DNA of 64,000 nucleotides from Alphaproteobacteria bacterium (GTDB lineage Bacteria; Pseudomonadota; Alphaproteobacteria; JAGOMX01): NCBI GenBank assembly GCA_041738135.1, contig JBGSQK010000063.1, positions 2,319 to 66,318 of the forward strand, read 5' to 3'. Shown piece by piece: positions 1 to 10,052 of this stretch (position 1 is its first letter; each line of letters starts with the position of its first letter). The notes under the pieces were generated by a model. It saw only the letters and a program-made list of their open reading frames with translations, ran no database searches and was not told where the DNA came from. The position numbers and the translations under genes were made by a program.

Positions 1-186
1 CTATTAATTTTTGCCGATACAATTATCTTGAAAGATCAAGAAGATCCTATTCAGATGATAGTGCCTTGGAGCAGTCCACAGTTTGCGCATTATCTGGATA
101 GATTCATTTTGGTAAATTCTAAATTTCACTATGACATGCCGAAGCTTTATGAAAGCTATAAAAATTATAAGTCAGAAAATAAATAA
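1..186 (+). CDS. 3' end of a gene truncated by the window edge; resembles the C-terminus of a family-3 amino-acid substrate-binding protein
   Basis: Frame 1 is open from base 1 to TAA at 184-186 (LLIFADTIILKDQEDPIQMIVPWSSPQFAHYLDRFI...ENK*); it ends 15 nt before the DAACS gene. Confidence 0.5.
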   Translation, partial: LLIFADTIILKDQEDPIQMIVPWSSPQFAHYLDRFILVNSKFHYDMPKLYESYKNYKSENK

Positions 187-201
187 GGTTGGGGCCTAAA
201 A

Positions 202-1533
202 ATGAGCATTTCTTCTGTAGCTTCGAGAATACTGGATAACAAACTATCATTTGTGGTGGCCTCAATCATCGGTACAGCCATTGGTCTTTGGTTTCCTGAG
301 GCGGGACATACTTTGGGTATGCTGGGAGAAGTTTTCCTACATATTCTAGAATTATGTTTGATGCCGATCGTTATCACGTCTATTGCTCTCAGTATTGCGC
401 ATTTTATGAACGTAAAATCGGACCTGAGTTCTGGGCGTGTTGTTTTCGTTTTAATCGGCGCGTTGATGCTCTGCAGTTTCATCGGCACGGGTGTAGCTTT
501 GCTCACAGAAACAGGAAAAAATCTGGATTTTTCTTCTAACATAGCACTGACAGAAATGATTGATAAATCGAGTATGCAGGCAAAGGGGCTGAATGATCCA
601 GTGGAATCTAAGTTAACATCTGGGTTTATGCATCTTCTACTCGAGTCCATTCCGAAAAATATTTTTGAATCTTTAAGCGGGAATAAATTACTACAAATCG
701 TAGTGCTTTCTATTGTTCTGGGTATTGGAATGGGCAAATTCTTGGAATCGGATTCATTGCTTATTGTCATAACACGACAAATCAAAAATCTGTTTTACGA
801 GTTATTTGAGTGGTTCTTAAAGCTATTTCCCATAGCTTTAATGCTTTTGTTAGCTCATCAGGTGTCCATACTTGGACTAGATCCAATCATAGCCATGGGG
901 AGTTTTATAGGAAAGTTTTATCTGGTTGTCGCTGGAATTTCCATTTTAGCGCTTTCTATTATTAAGTTCAACACGAAGGCTAGTTGGGGTCAAGTTATGA
1001 ATATAATGTTTGAACCCATTTTGATCGCTATCGTGACGCAGAATAGCAGTAATACCATACCGCCATCGGTTATCGCGCTTCGGCGTTTTAATTATAACGT
1101 GGACTTGGTTCAGTTGTTGGTGCCCATTGGAGCTATTATTGGTAGGTTTGGATTTATACTGTATTTTGGCTTCAGCATTGTGTTTGCTTTGGGTGTTTAT
1201 GGCATAGACCTGTCTGTTACTCAGTATGTGCTTGTCTCATTAATAATTGCTTTGGCTGGCATAGCCACTGCTGGACAAGAAGAGGTCACCATAGCCATGG
1301 CTTCATTGATCGTTATTCTTACACCAATGGGTATCCCGCTAGAAGGAGTTCTTCCGCTGTTGTTTGCCATAGATCTATTCATAGATCCCTTCAGAACAGC
1401 CCTGACTGTGCAGGTCAATTGTGCTGCCATTACCTCTATGGCTAAGCCCGGAGGTCGTTTGCTATCCAGGGATGAGGTGGAGCACAAGGACTTAAATGTG
1501 CATTCAGTAAAACAACGGCCAGAGATGGCGTAA
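202..1533 (+). CDS. Dicarboxylate/amino acid:cation symporter (DAACS/SDF family), atypical motifs
   Basis: Multi-TM protein with IPKNIF, LLQIVV, SS-like hairpin loop (QNSSNTIP) and DPFRTA motifs. Confidence 0.85.
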   Translation: MSISSVASRILDNKLSFVVASIIGTAIGLWFPEAGHTLGMLGEVFLHILELCLMPIVITSIALSIAHFMNVKSDLSSGRVVFVLIGALMLCSFIGTGVALLTETGKNLDFSSNIALTEMIDKSSMQAKGLNDPVESKLTSGFMHLLLESIPKNIFESLSGNKLLQIVVLSIVLGIGMGKFLESDSLLIVITRQIKNLFYELFEWFLKLFPIALMLLLAHQVSILGLDPIIAMGSFIGKFYLVVAGISILALSIIKFNTKASWGQVMNIMFEPILIAIVTQNSSNTIPPSVIALRRFNYNVDLVQLLVPIGAIIGRFGFILYFGFSIVFALGVYGIDLSVTQYVLVSLIIALAGIATAGQEEVTIAMASLIVILTPMGIPLEGVLPLLFAIDLFIDPFRTALTVQVNCAAITSMAKPGGRLLSRDEVEHKDLNVHSVKQRPEMA

Positions 1534-1544
1534 GACTGGCCGTT
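1514..1544 (+). terminator. Hairpin spanning the DAACS stop codon
   Basis: Inverted repeat aacggccag/ctggccgtt. Confidence 0.4.
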
Positions 1545-1781
1545 AATGTATTAAAAATAGGAGCTTAGATTTAGCAGATCACACAAGCTTCTTCCTCTGT
1601 GGAATCACTGTAATCTGCACGATCATTAGGTTCGTTAAAACCGGTTTCCCTTTTAACTTTCCTTGAGCACAAAGTTCAATCATCCTCTATTAGCGCTAGA
1701 AACCTACAACAGCTATTTTGTTCTGCTCTGCTCATTTGTTCCAAATTGTCAAGGATTTTATGTGGTTAAGTACTCATTTGT

Positions 1782-1810
1782 TTGACATAAATTTGATCCT
1801 GCTCTATATA
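1782..1810 (+). promoter_or_regulatory. Sigma70-type promoter of the large effector gene
   Basis: TTGACA-17 nt-TATATA, followed by SD GAGGT (1831-1835) and an in-frame TTG at 1844. Confidence 0.6.
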
Positions 1811-1843
1811 TCAAAGCTTCTGTTATTAAAGAGGTCTAGAGCT

Positions 1844-4800
1844 TTGTATCATATTAAGAATATCCTTGTTATGTTCTCCTTGGTTTTCACCATTGGTATT
1901 GCTTCTTCATCTATGCCTGTCCATGAGGAACCTGCAAACCGGTTCTCATTTCAACCTTTTCATGATTTTCATGAGTTTGCGCAGAAAGCTCAGATTGTGG
2001 ATGGGGATTTGGTGGCGTTTGATATTGATGGTGTTTTGCTTCTTGAGGGGGCTGTCAAAGTCAATGCGCCTTTGCTTACCAAAAATGCGCAGAGGTTTAT
2101 ATGGTCCTTAACGCCGGGCGTACATAGGGTTGGGCTCACGGCTCGTGTGCAGAAGCTTAAGGCGGCTAGCTATGAAAACCTTAAGAAGTATGACATTAAC
2201 TTTGATCGTTATCCGGTTAACTTTGTGGATGATCATGCTTCTTATTACCGCGGCATACTGTTTTCCCGCAATGTCAGAGGTGTTACGAAGGTTTCCACCA
2301 AGTTGCAGACTCTATTTAGATATGTCAAACAACTACAACAACTGGGGCACACCATTAATCGGGTATTCTTTATCGATAACGAAGATTTCCACTTTACGCA
2401 GCAAGAAAACAAGACAGTTCATTTTGATGTGCCGTTGCATTTGTATCATTATCAACACGTTTATGCCCCCGTGTATAGCTCGGGGCAAAGGGAAGCTCCT
2501 CGCTTGGAAAACCTTTCCTTCATTAAAAGTAAATACGGCAGTGCTGGTGGTGTTGCTATAATGGAGGATAGTGCTGGTAAAAAGTGGACAATTAAAAGCT
2601 GGAAGAATAGGGATCATGCTCTGCAGGAATGTTTGGGGGCTGTTTTATTGGATCGGATGGATGTGCTCACACCTGGATTCTTCCTCTATAATGATTTGCC
2701 TAGAGCTTTAAAGGGAAAAATCGAGAGCGGTGGTCATAAACTTGAGCATTGTGGCATATATCGTATTGCTGAATTTGTAGAAGGAAAAAAGCCTACGGAT
2801 GAAGAGTTGCCTCAGTTGGTTCTGCCACTCTACGTTCCGACATCACTTATTAGCTTTTGGGATACAAAACCAAAAAACACAAAAATCGATTCGGACGGGC
2901 GGCTACACTTGATAGATACAGGAGGCTCGTTTTTCTTCAAAGCTGTGGGCAAGAGAGTAAAAAATTTCAAAGAGGATAGGTGGATGAGACACCAGGTCTC
3001 CGAGCTTAGATCTAGCCCTTATAAGTTTCAATGTCTGAATGAACTGTCCTTGGCAGATTTGGTGCCTCATTTCAAAGATGTGCTCAAACGTCAAGTTGCG
3101 TTGGTGGATGCTCTCCAACAATTTCGTGACGATTTGCATTATGAGAGTGGGCGTGAGATTCAACACTTTCTGGAATCACGTCTGAATCATCTGGCGTTTC
3201 TGGTTGATTTGCATGAGGGAAAAATTAATGTGCAAGCTGATCCGTTTTCCCTGGCTACTGAAATAGATGCCGCAGGGACACTATTATTTTGCGACCGGGG
3301 GCTAAGTGCGAGAATTCTCATAGGCCAACGTGTGCGTCATGAATGGTGGGGTAACTTGGGTGGTAAGGCCAACACCGGGGAATACTTGTTTGAAACAGCC
3401 GCACGCGAGACTCGAGAAGAATCGGGCGGTAAAATTAACATTCTAAGCCGTACTTTGCTGGACGCGCCCTCTCATGATCTAATTGTATTAGAAGCTGGAA
3501 CTCAATTGCGTCGTTATCGCACTTATCTAGTGCCGCATGAGTACGTAGATCCCGTATTATTGAAAAATTCAGAATATACAGCTTATAAATGGGTCTTTGT
3601 GACGGATATTTTGCAAGCCCTTAAAGCTGGCCAAGTGGTGAAGGCGGAGGGGCAAGAAACAATTGCTTTATCTGATGGCACATTATTACACCCGCCTTTC
3701 TGGCATTCTTTGCGGCAATCAAGAATTCAATCTTGGCTGGAAGGGCTAACGGTTAATAAGGACCTAGAATTCCGTGTGGCAACCCAGAGTCTTTTGGGCT
3801 ATGAGAACCTGACACCTTTTTACCGAGAGGTTTCTCACTCTAATTCTTCCGTGCTTCGTGAAATACAAGGACGGCTCCAAAAACTGGAATGCCTTAGCCT
3901 AGTAGAGAGTAGGTTGATGAATCATGCAGTCACAACAGCTTCGCACACTGTTTTAGATAAATTATTTGAGGGTCCGACTGAGGCTAGCGAAACGGAAAAG
4001 ATAATGACTGTTGTCAACAACCGTTCAGGAGACCTCCAGATCAACCAAACCCAAGCTGGAATGATTTCAAACATTATCGCTGTTGAGAAGAAATACGACG
4101 ATAAGTATGGGCTTTATCATGGATTGAAACCTGAAGTCTGGTACAACTATTACGTGCTCAGTCTCTTGCGTCATAGGTTGGATGGAAAGTCACCTCAAAC
4201 AACTGTTTTACGTTCAACGGACTCATTCTTTGATAGATTTCCCACGGCCCATGATTTGTTGAACTATGTGGTCGGAGGTAATCACAATTATTCCGAAGGC
4301 TATCTTGAGGCAGGCGTTTCCTTTAACGCAACGCTATTTAGTAATTTGGATTCGAAAACATCCTCCACCATGAGGAATTTTATTCTAGGAATCTCGCGAC
4401 AACCCCCCAAAGACATTTGGAACATTATGGGGACTACATTTACGGAAATAGGTCTGCCTTCAGCAGATCTCATTGCTAAGCTGTTGGAAATATATAATGC
4501 ATCTGGCCTGAAGGAAACGGGATGCTTACTGCAGTTTTTCTTGGATCCCCATGACGTGAATTATCTTTGTTATCCTTGTGGCAGTATGGGAAGTCCCCTC
4601 ATAGCCGGGAATGGTAGTGTGGTAAGAGACTCTAGAGCCATATTTGATCTCATTCGACATGGAGAGTCGCCTCACATAGCGGAATATCAATTCAGGATTC
4701 ATGCGAATGTCTATGGCAAACCTATCATTGTGAAAGATTATTTTTCTGATGGAAACCAGGATCGAATTTTAGCTCTTAATAGAAAGGTGCACCGGGTTTT

Positions 4801-6946
4801 AGATGACTATCTATTTGATGCGGTGCGTGGCTTGCTTTGTAATAACAGTGTTTATGGCCTCAATCCTCCAAGGATTTTAAGGGAAGTAAGGCGTGGCTAT
4901 ATTAGCTCGCACGAACTTACTTCGAAAAACCCGATGGGCGCTGCGGTGGAAAAAGGTGAAAGTGCCTTGTTGTGGCTGGTTCATGAAAATCCCGATTTGC
5001 TGGAAGATGATCTTGCGCTGGAGCAAACCTATACGCGGCGAGATACGATGGAACAACTTCAGCTGAAGCATAATCCGTTAATTCAAGTACTCAGGGGTAG
5101 GCAAGTCGCCATAAACGCTTTATGTTCAATGGTTCCCTATCAGGCGGAATTCAAGCACGTGGCTAGTATTGTACTTCAGCTGGGAATTCCCCGGTCGATG
5201 GAATCGGCCGTTGTCATTCAAAAATATGGCCTCATTCAGGAGGGCATGAAGGGTCGGAAAATTCGTAGTATCCTTCGGGCAATTGATAATTGTGAGGAGA
5301 TAAAAGAAACGGTTGCTAAATTCTGTCAGAAATACGATTTTCTCGGTAATCAGAAGTCGTTAGAAATTGAAAACCTATTGCGGGTGCTAAAAAATAGGCT
5401 ATTAACTAATGGCGACGTCTACGAACTTGCCGAAAAGGCTCGTATCATCAGACCCGGAATGACTGCGCATCATATCCTGCTATCCATACAAGAACTCATG
5501 GAGCTTAAGGAAAAAGACAGGCAAGAAATAATTGATTTAATTAAGCGCTTTGATCTTATGGGTCAGGATGTCGAAGGTTCTGCTATAAAAATGTCTGACC
5601 TTCAAAGTGTAGTTGAGTTGTTAAAATCCACTGGATCCGATGTGGAATATTACTTTAAAAGGACAAAGAGTCTCGGATTAATTAGCTCTGATATAAAAGG
5701 GGAAGAAATCGTCGGAAGGATAGAGACAGTGAGAGAACTTGGAGACGATTTTGAACGCGTTATGGCTCTGGCCACAGATAATGGTTTTGTTCGGGATTTA
5801 AAGTATGACTGTCCAAATATACTCTGGGTTTTAAACGATCTTGGAGAAAATGTAGAAGGTGCCATTGAATTGGTCAAACGGGATTTGGGGAATCCTGAAA
5901 GGGACGCTCGGAATTGGAGTCTGATATTTCAAGCCATTAGGGATTTAGGTGCTGAGGCAGAAAGCGCCATTGCTTTTGCCAAAAAAGTGGGTGTTTTGGA
6001 TAAGAATGATCAAGGCGTTGAAATAAACATGTGTTTGAACATGGTTCAAGAGATGAAAGATCAAATGGAAAACTATATCGCTTTGGCTCAGAAGTTACAG
6101 GTATACCCCCAAAGTTTTACCAACTTTCAGCGGGTAGGGGTTCTATTGTACCTAAAAGGGATGGGCGACAGAGTGGAGTCAATCATTGCAGCAGCTAGAA
6201 CATATGGGGTAATTGGTGATCATCTTGATTGTAAACAGCTCATGAAAGTTCTAAAGGGTCTCGAAAATTTGGGACACTCAGCTGATAGAATATTGCAATA
6301 TGCTGCTGCTAATGACAGGCTAAATGTTGGTTTTCCGCATGGCGTGGGATACTCCATAGAAGCTGAGCTATTGTACCTGCAACACATCTTTAGACAAAGC
6401 CGCGGTGTTGATATAGCTTTCAAATACGGATTGATAACAGATGCAACGAATCATGGGGTCATTGCAAACATGTTAGACGAGGTGATAGATCTGGGCGAAA
6501 AAGCGGAAGAGGTAATTAAGGAAGCTGTGAGGACTGGTCGTCTTAAACCTGGTATGAGCACCAAAGCGATTTCAGATGTTTTTACTGATATAAAAATTTA
6601 TGGGAGTCATAGTGAATTAAGCATGGCTTTGGCTAAAAAATATAAACTTTTATCAGATGGTTGTGCTGGAGAAAAAACCGCTGAATTCCTTTGGCATATA
6701 GAAGATCTGGGTGTTTGCGGCGAATATATCATCCAATATGGGGTCAAGCATAATCACTTGCGAGAAGATATGAGCGAGCGTGAAATTATGGAAAAACTTT
6801 CTTACCTAGGGTCCATATTCCTACGCAGCGAAGTCCTTGAAACCGCTCTTGCGCAGGGTCTGGTTTCTGATGACATGGATACACAAGAGATTCATAACAT
6901 CGTGGGTGATTTGAGGGCAAGGATGAGGACGGCGGAGAGGAAGTGA
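1844..6946 (+). CDS. Large secreted multidomain protein: signal peptide, HAD-like (DUF2608-like), atypical kinase-like, Nudix, putative ADP-ribosyltransferase-like and ~36-aa helical repeats
   Basis: Motifs AFDIDG and FFIDNE; GSAGG..KKWTIK..E, DTKPKN and IDTGGSF; Nudix box GGKANTGEYLFETAARETREESG; LYHG; C-terminal repeats. Start moved from 1718 to TTG 1844 on promoter, SD and signal-peptide evidence. Confidence 0.75.
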   Translation: MYHIKNILVMFSLVFTIGIASSSMPVHEEPANRFSFQPFHDFHEFAQKAQIVDGDLVAFDIDGVLLLEGAVKVNAPLLTKNAQRFIWSLTPGVHRVGLTARVQKLKAASYENLKKYDINFDRYPVNFVDDHASYYRGILFSRNVRGVTKVSTKLQTLFRYVKQLQQLGHTINRVFFIDNEDFHFTQQENKTVHFDVPLHLYHYQHVYAPVYSSGQREAPRLENLSFIKSKYGSAGGVAIMEDSAGKKWTIKSWKNRDHALQECLGAVLLDRMDVLTPGFFLYNDLPRALKGKIESGGHKLEHCGIYRIAEFVEGKKPTDEELPQLVLPLYVPTSLISFWDTKPKNTKIDSDGRLHLIDTGGSFFFKAVGKRVKNFKEDRWMRHQVSELRSSPYKFQCLNELSLADLVPHFKDVLKRQVALVDALQQFRDDLHYESGREIQHFLESRLNHLAFLVDLHEGKINVQADPFSLATEIDAAGTLLFCDRGLSARILIGQRVRHEWWGNLGGKANTGEYLFETAARETREESGGKINILSRTLLDAPSHDLIVLEAGTQLRRYRTYLVPHEYVDPVLLKNSEYTAYKWVFVTDILQALKAGQVVKAEGQETIALSDGTLLHPPFWHSLRQSRIQSWLEGLTVNKDLEFRVATQSLLGYENLTPFYREVSHSNSSVLREIQGRLQKLECLSLVESRLMNHAVTTASHTVLDKLFEGPTEASETEKIMTVVNNRSGDLQINQTQAGMISNIIAVEKKYDDKYGLYHGLKPEVWYNYYVLSLLRHRLDGKSPQTTVLRSTDSFFDRFPTAHDLLNYVVGGNHNYSEGYLEAGVSFNATLFSNLDSKTSSTMRNFILGISRQPPKDIWNIMGTTFTEIGLPSADLIAKLLEIYNASGLKETGCLLQFFLDPHDVNYLCYPCGSMGSPLIAGNGSVVRDSRAIFDLIRHGESPHIAEYQFRIHANVYGKPIIVKDYFSDGNQDRILALNRKVHRVLDDYLFDAVRGLLCNNSVYGLNPPRILREVRRGYISSHELTSKNPMGAAVEKGESALLWLVHENPDLLEDDLALEQTYTRRDTMEQLQLKHNPLIQVLRGRQVAINALCSMVPYQAEFKHVASIVLQLGIPRSMESAVVIQKYGLIQEGMKGRKIRSILRAIDNCEEIKETVAKFCQKYDFLGNQKSLEIENLLRVLKNRLLTNGDVYELAEKARIIRPGMTAHHILLSIQELMELKEKDRQEIIDLIKRFDLMGQDVEGSAIKMSDLQSVVELLKSTGSDVEYYFKRTKSLGLISSDIKGEEIVGRIETVRELGDDFERVMALATDNGFVRDLKYDCPNILWVLNDLGENVEGAIELVKRDLGNPERDARNWSLIFQAIRDLGAEAESAIAFAKKVGVLDKNDQGVEINMCLNMVQEMKDQMENYIALAQKLQVYPQSFTNFQRVGVLLYLKGMGDRVESIIAAARTYGVIGDHLDCKQLMKVLKGLENLGHSADRILQYAAANDRLNVGFPHGVGYSIEAELLYLQHIFRQSRGVDIAFKYGLITDATNHGVIANMLDEVIDLGEKAEEVIKEAVRTGRLKPGMSTKAISDVFTDIKIYGSHSELSMALAKKYKLLSDGCAGEKTAEFLWHIEDLGVCGEYIIQYGVKHNHLREDMSEREIMEKLSYLGSIFLRSEVLETALAQGLVSDDMDTQEIHNIVGDLRARMRTAERK

Positions 6947-7030
6947 ATTGCTCTGGTGACGGGCGTCGATAAAATGCTGACAAAACCCGTAAATACCGTT
7001 AAAGTGCCTTAGGATATAAAGGAGTAATTC

Positions 7031-8431
7031 ATGTCAGAGCAAATGTATGATGTTGTGATCATCGGCGCCGGTCCTGGGGGATATGTGGCTGCCATTCGTT
7101 GTGCGCAACTGGGTAAGAAGGTAGCGATTGTTGAGGCGAACCATTTAGGTGGTATTTGTTTGAACTGGGGTTGTATACCGACCAAGGCTTTGTTGCGTTC
7201 GGCTGAGGTTTATCATTTGATTCAGAATTCAGAAGAATTTGGCATCACGGTTAAGGATGCCAAGATCAATTTTGATGTGATTATCAAGCGCTCTCGCGAT
7301 GTGTCTGAGAAGCTCACTAAGGGTATTGCTCACCTGATGAAGAAGAATAAGGTGGATGTGATCAACGGCTATGGCCGTTTGAGTGGAAAGACCGGTAGTT
7401 ATCATAAAATCAGCGTGGATGGTAAATCCACTGTGCTTGCTGGTAAGGTGATCTTGGCAACGGGTGCACGAGCTCGTGTTTTGCCAGGACTGGAACCCGA
7501 TGGTAAGGATATCTGGACATACAAAGAAGCCATGGTTCCTAAGGCATTGCCTAAATCCTTGCTGGTTATAGGTTCTGGCGCTATAGGCATGGAGTTTGCG
7601 TCATTTTACCGGACGCTGGGTGTGGATGTAACTGTGGTTGAGTTGCTGGATCGCATTCTCCCTGTGGAAGATGAAGAAGTATCCAAATTTGCTCGCAAAG
7701 CTTTTGAGGGTAAAGGGATTGTGGTGCATACGGGCGCAACAGTTAGAAAGTTGCATAAGTCTGCCAAAGGTGTGGATGCTGAGATTGAAATTAATGGTAA
7801 AGGCCAAAAAAGTACCTTTGATAAGGTAATCGTGGCCGTTGGCATTGTAGGCAATACGGAAGATCTGGGGCTTGAAAGCACCAAGGTGAAGTTGGAGAAA
7901 AACCAGATTAAGGTGAATGAATTCTGCCTGACCGATGAGCCTGGCATTTATGCTATCGGCGATGTGGCCGGTGCACCATGGCTGGCGCATAAAGCTAGCC
8001 ACGAGGGTGTGATGGTTGCCGAGCATTTGGCTGGCGTGAAGGGTGTACATCCTATGAACCGCAGCATGATTCCTGGTTGTACTTATAGCTCGCCACAAGT
8101 GGCAAGCGTTGGTATGACTGAGGTTCAAGCCAAGGAAAAAGGCCATAAACTGAAGGTGGGTCGTTTTCCATTTATGGGTAACGGTAAGGCCCTTGCTTTG
8201 GGCGAGCCCGACGGATTTGTGAAGACTATTTTTGACGAAAAAACCGGCGAACTGCTGGGTGCCCATATGATCGGCACGGAAGTTACTGAGCTCATCCAGG
8301 GCTTCGTCATTGCCAAGACCATGGAAGCCACCGAGGTTGAGTTGATGCAAACCATTTTCCCTCATCCAACCCTGTCGGAAATGATGCATGAGTCGGTCCT
8401 GGATGCCTATGGTCGCGTTATACATATGTAA
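7031..8431 (+). CDS. lpdA: Dihydrolipoyl dehydrogenase
   Basis: GAGPGGYVAAIR, GGICLNWGCIPTK, HPTLSE motifs. Confidence 0.97.
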   Translation: MSEQMYDVVIIGAGPGGYVAAIRCAQLGKKVAIVEANHLGGICLNWGCIPTKALLRSAEVYHLIQNSEEFGITVKDAKINFDVIIKRSRDVSEKLTKGIAHLMKKNKVDVINGYGRLSGKTGSYHKISVDGKSTVLAGKVILATGARARVLPGLEPDGKDIWTYKEAMVPKALPKSLLVIGSGAIGMEFASFYRTLGVDVTVVELLDRILPVEDEEVSKFARKAFEGKGIVVHTGATVRKLHKSAKGVDAEIEINGKGQKSTFDKVIVAVGIVGNTEDLGLESTKVKLEKNQIKVNEFCLTDEPGIYAIGDVAGAPWLAHKASHEGVMVAEHLAGVKGVHPMNRSMIPGCTYSSPQVASVGMTEVQAKEKGHKLKVGRFPFMGNGKALALGEPDGFVKTIFDEKTGELLGAHMIGTEVTELIQGFVIAKTMEATEVELMQTIFPHPTLSEMMHESVLDAYGRVIHM

Positions 8432-8440
8432 GGCTTTGAT

Positions 8441-9331
8441 ATGAATACTCCCTTAAAAAGACCCGATTGGATTCGGGTGAAGGCCCCCACATCACCGCAA
8501 TACGCGGCGACCAGGGACATCATCCGCAAGCAAAAGCTGAACACGGTTTGTGAAGAGGCCGCATGCCCCAATATAGGTGAATGCTGGGCGCAAAAGCATG
8601 CTACGGTTATGATTTTGGGGAGCGTTTGTACGCGGTCATGCCGGTTTTGTAATATCGCCACAGGTACGCCTGATCTGCTGGATCCACACGAGCCAGAGCG
8701 CGTGGCTGCGGCCATGTCTGAGCTGGGTTTGAAGCATGTGGTGGTTACATCGGTGGATCGCGATGATTTGCCTGATGGTGGTGCAGAGCATTTTGCTAAA
8801 ACTATTCGATATATTCGTATTTATTCGCCCGGGACGACCATAGAGGTGTTAACGCCGGATTTCTTGCGTAAACCTGGCGCCATCGAAAAAGTAGTGGAAG
8901 CTGAACCTGATGTGTACAACCACAACCTGGAAACAGTGCCGCGGCTGTATGCCACTGTGCGGCCCGGGGCGCGGTATTTTCATTCTTTGAAGCTGCTGGA
9001 TAAAGTAAAAGAGCTGAATCCTCGCATCTTTACCAAATCCGGCATTATGGTGGGCTTGGGTGAAGACAAGAACGAGATATATCAAGTGATGAATGACCTG
9101 CGTGCGGCGGATGTGGACTTTATGACCATTGGCCAGTATTTGCAACCCACACCTACACACCATCCATTGTTGCGTTATGCTACGCCTGAAGAATTTGATG
9201 AATATGCCAGAATGGCTCGTGGGAAAGGGTTTTTGATGGTTTCATCCTCGCCTTTAACTCGTTCGTCGTATCACGCAGGCGATGATTTTGCTCAGCTACG
9301 AGCGGCTCGAGATGAAAAACTGAGGTCATAA
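8441..9331 (+). CDS. lipA: Lipoyl synthase
   Basis: [26 protein letters not shown]. Confidence 0.97.
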   Translation: MNTPLKRPDWIRVKAPTSPQYAATRDIIRKQKLNTVCEEAACPNIGECWAQKHATVMILGSVCTRSCRFCNIATGTPDLLDPHEPERVAAAMSELGLKHVVVTSVDRDDLPDGGAEHFAKTIRYIRIYSPGTTIEVLTPDFLRKPGAIEKVVEAEPDVYNHNLETVPRLYATVRPGARYFHSLKLLDKVKELNPRIFTKSGIMVGLGEDKNEIYQVMNDLRAADVDFMTIGQYLQPTPTHHPLLRYATPEEFDEYARMARGKGFLMVSSSPLTRSSYHAGDDFAQLRAARDEKLRS

Positions 9332-9766
9332 ATGCCAACCCATGCGGAAATCAAAGTTGTGCCCTATACGGCCAAGCAGATGTACGATCTGATTGCTGAT
9401 ATTGAAAAATATCCCGAGTTCCTGCCGTGGTGTATTGCCTCGCGTATTCGCGAGCGTAAGGAAGATTTAATCATCGCCGACTTGGTGGTGGGCTATAAGA
9501 TCTTCAAGGAATCGTTTACCTCGCAAGTACGTCTGCACCCGCCTTCACGCATTGATGTGAACTATGAACAGGGCCCGTTTCGTTATTTGAACAACCATTG
9601 GAAGTTCAATGATCTGGGTAATGGCTCATGTGAACTGGATTTTTACGTGGATTTTGCTTTTAAAAACCACTTTTTCCAAAGCGCCATTGAGATGTTTTTC
9701 AATGAAGCCGTGCGGATTATGATCCATTCATTCGAAACGAGGGCAGGGGTGCTTTATAAGAAGTAA
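9332..9766 (+). CDS. ratA: RatA/Coq10 START-domain protein
   Basis: YPEFLPWC, GPFRYLNNHW; usual position after lipA in alphaproteobacteria. Confidence 0.88.
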   Translation: MPTHAEIKVVPYTAKQMYDLIADIEKYPEFLPWCIASRIRERKEDLIIADLVVGYKIFKESFTSQVRLHPPSRIDVNYEQGPFRYLNNHWKFNDLGNGSCELDFYVDFAFKNHFFQSAIEMFFNEAVRIMIHSFETRAGVLYKK

Positions 9767-9797
9767 TAATAATGCAGCAGAAATATGAGCCGAGATT

Positions 9798-9917
9798 TGT
9801 CATCCCCGCGAAGGCGGGGATCCAGCACAATAGGCATCGCGAAGCGATTCAATATAGCTACACAAAGCGCCGTTGGCGCACATTTTGCGCTGGATCCCCG
9901 CCTTCGCGGGGATGACA
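9798..9917. repeat. REP/RPE-like palindromic element (copy A)
   Basis: Perfect 29-bp terminal inverted repeats tgtcatccccgcgaaggcggggatccagc, each arm itself a hairpin. Confidence 0.9.
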
Positions 9918-10052
9918 TCCAGTATATACATTGCAAGTTATTTCCGGAATTGGCATAAGGCTGGAACTTTCCCAAGATTAACCTTTTACACATTTGTTAT
10001 TTACTAATTGTTTATTTCGAGATCGTCTAATACAGGTGAAAGGATGCCTGTC

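Noticed and set aside
1718-1843. N-terminal extension of the 1742-aa ORF
   Set aside because: It overlaps a good promoter; SD and signal peptide support the TTG at 1844
7601-8425. 274-aa antisense ORF, and similar shadow ORFs over cysK, recF, gyrB, hflX and others
   Set aside because: Antisense or alternate-frame shadows of well-conserved genes, with no recognisable motifs
9798-9917. Palindromic repeats as a possible CRISPR array or IS ends
   Set aside because: No regular repeat-spacer periodicity, no cas genes and no transposase
9754-9993. Short ORFs spanning palindromic elements (also 16590-16832 and 58695-58970)
   Set aside because: Translations of the repeats (e.g. LDPRLRGDD); no independent coding evidence
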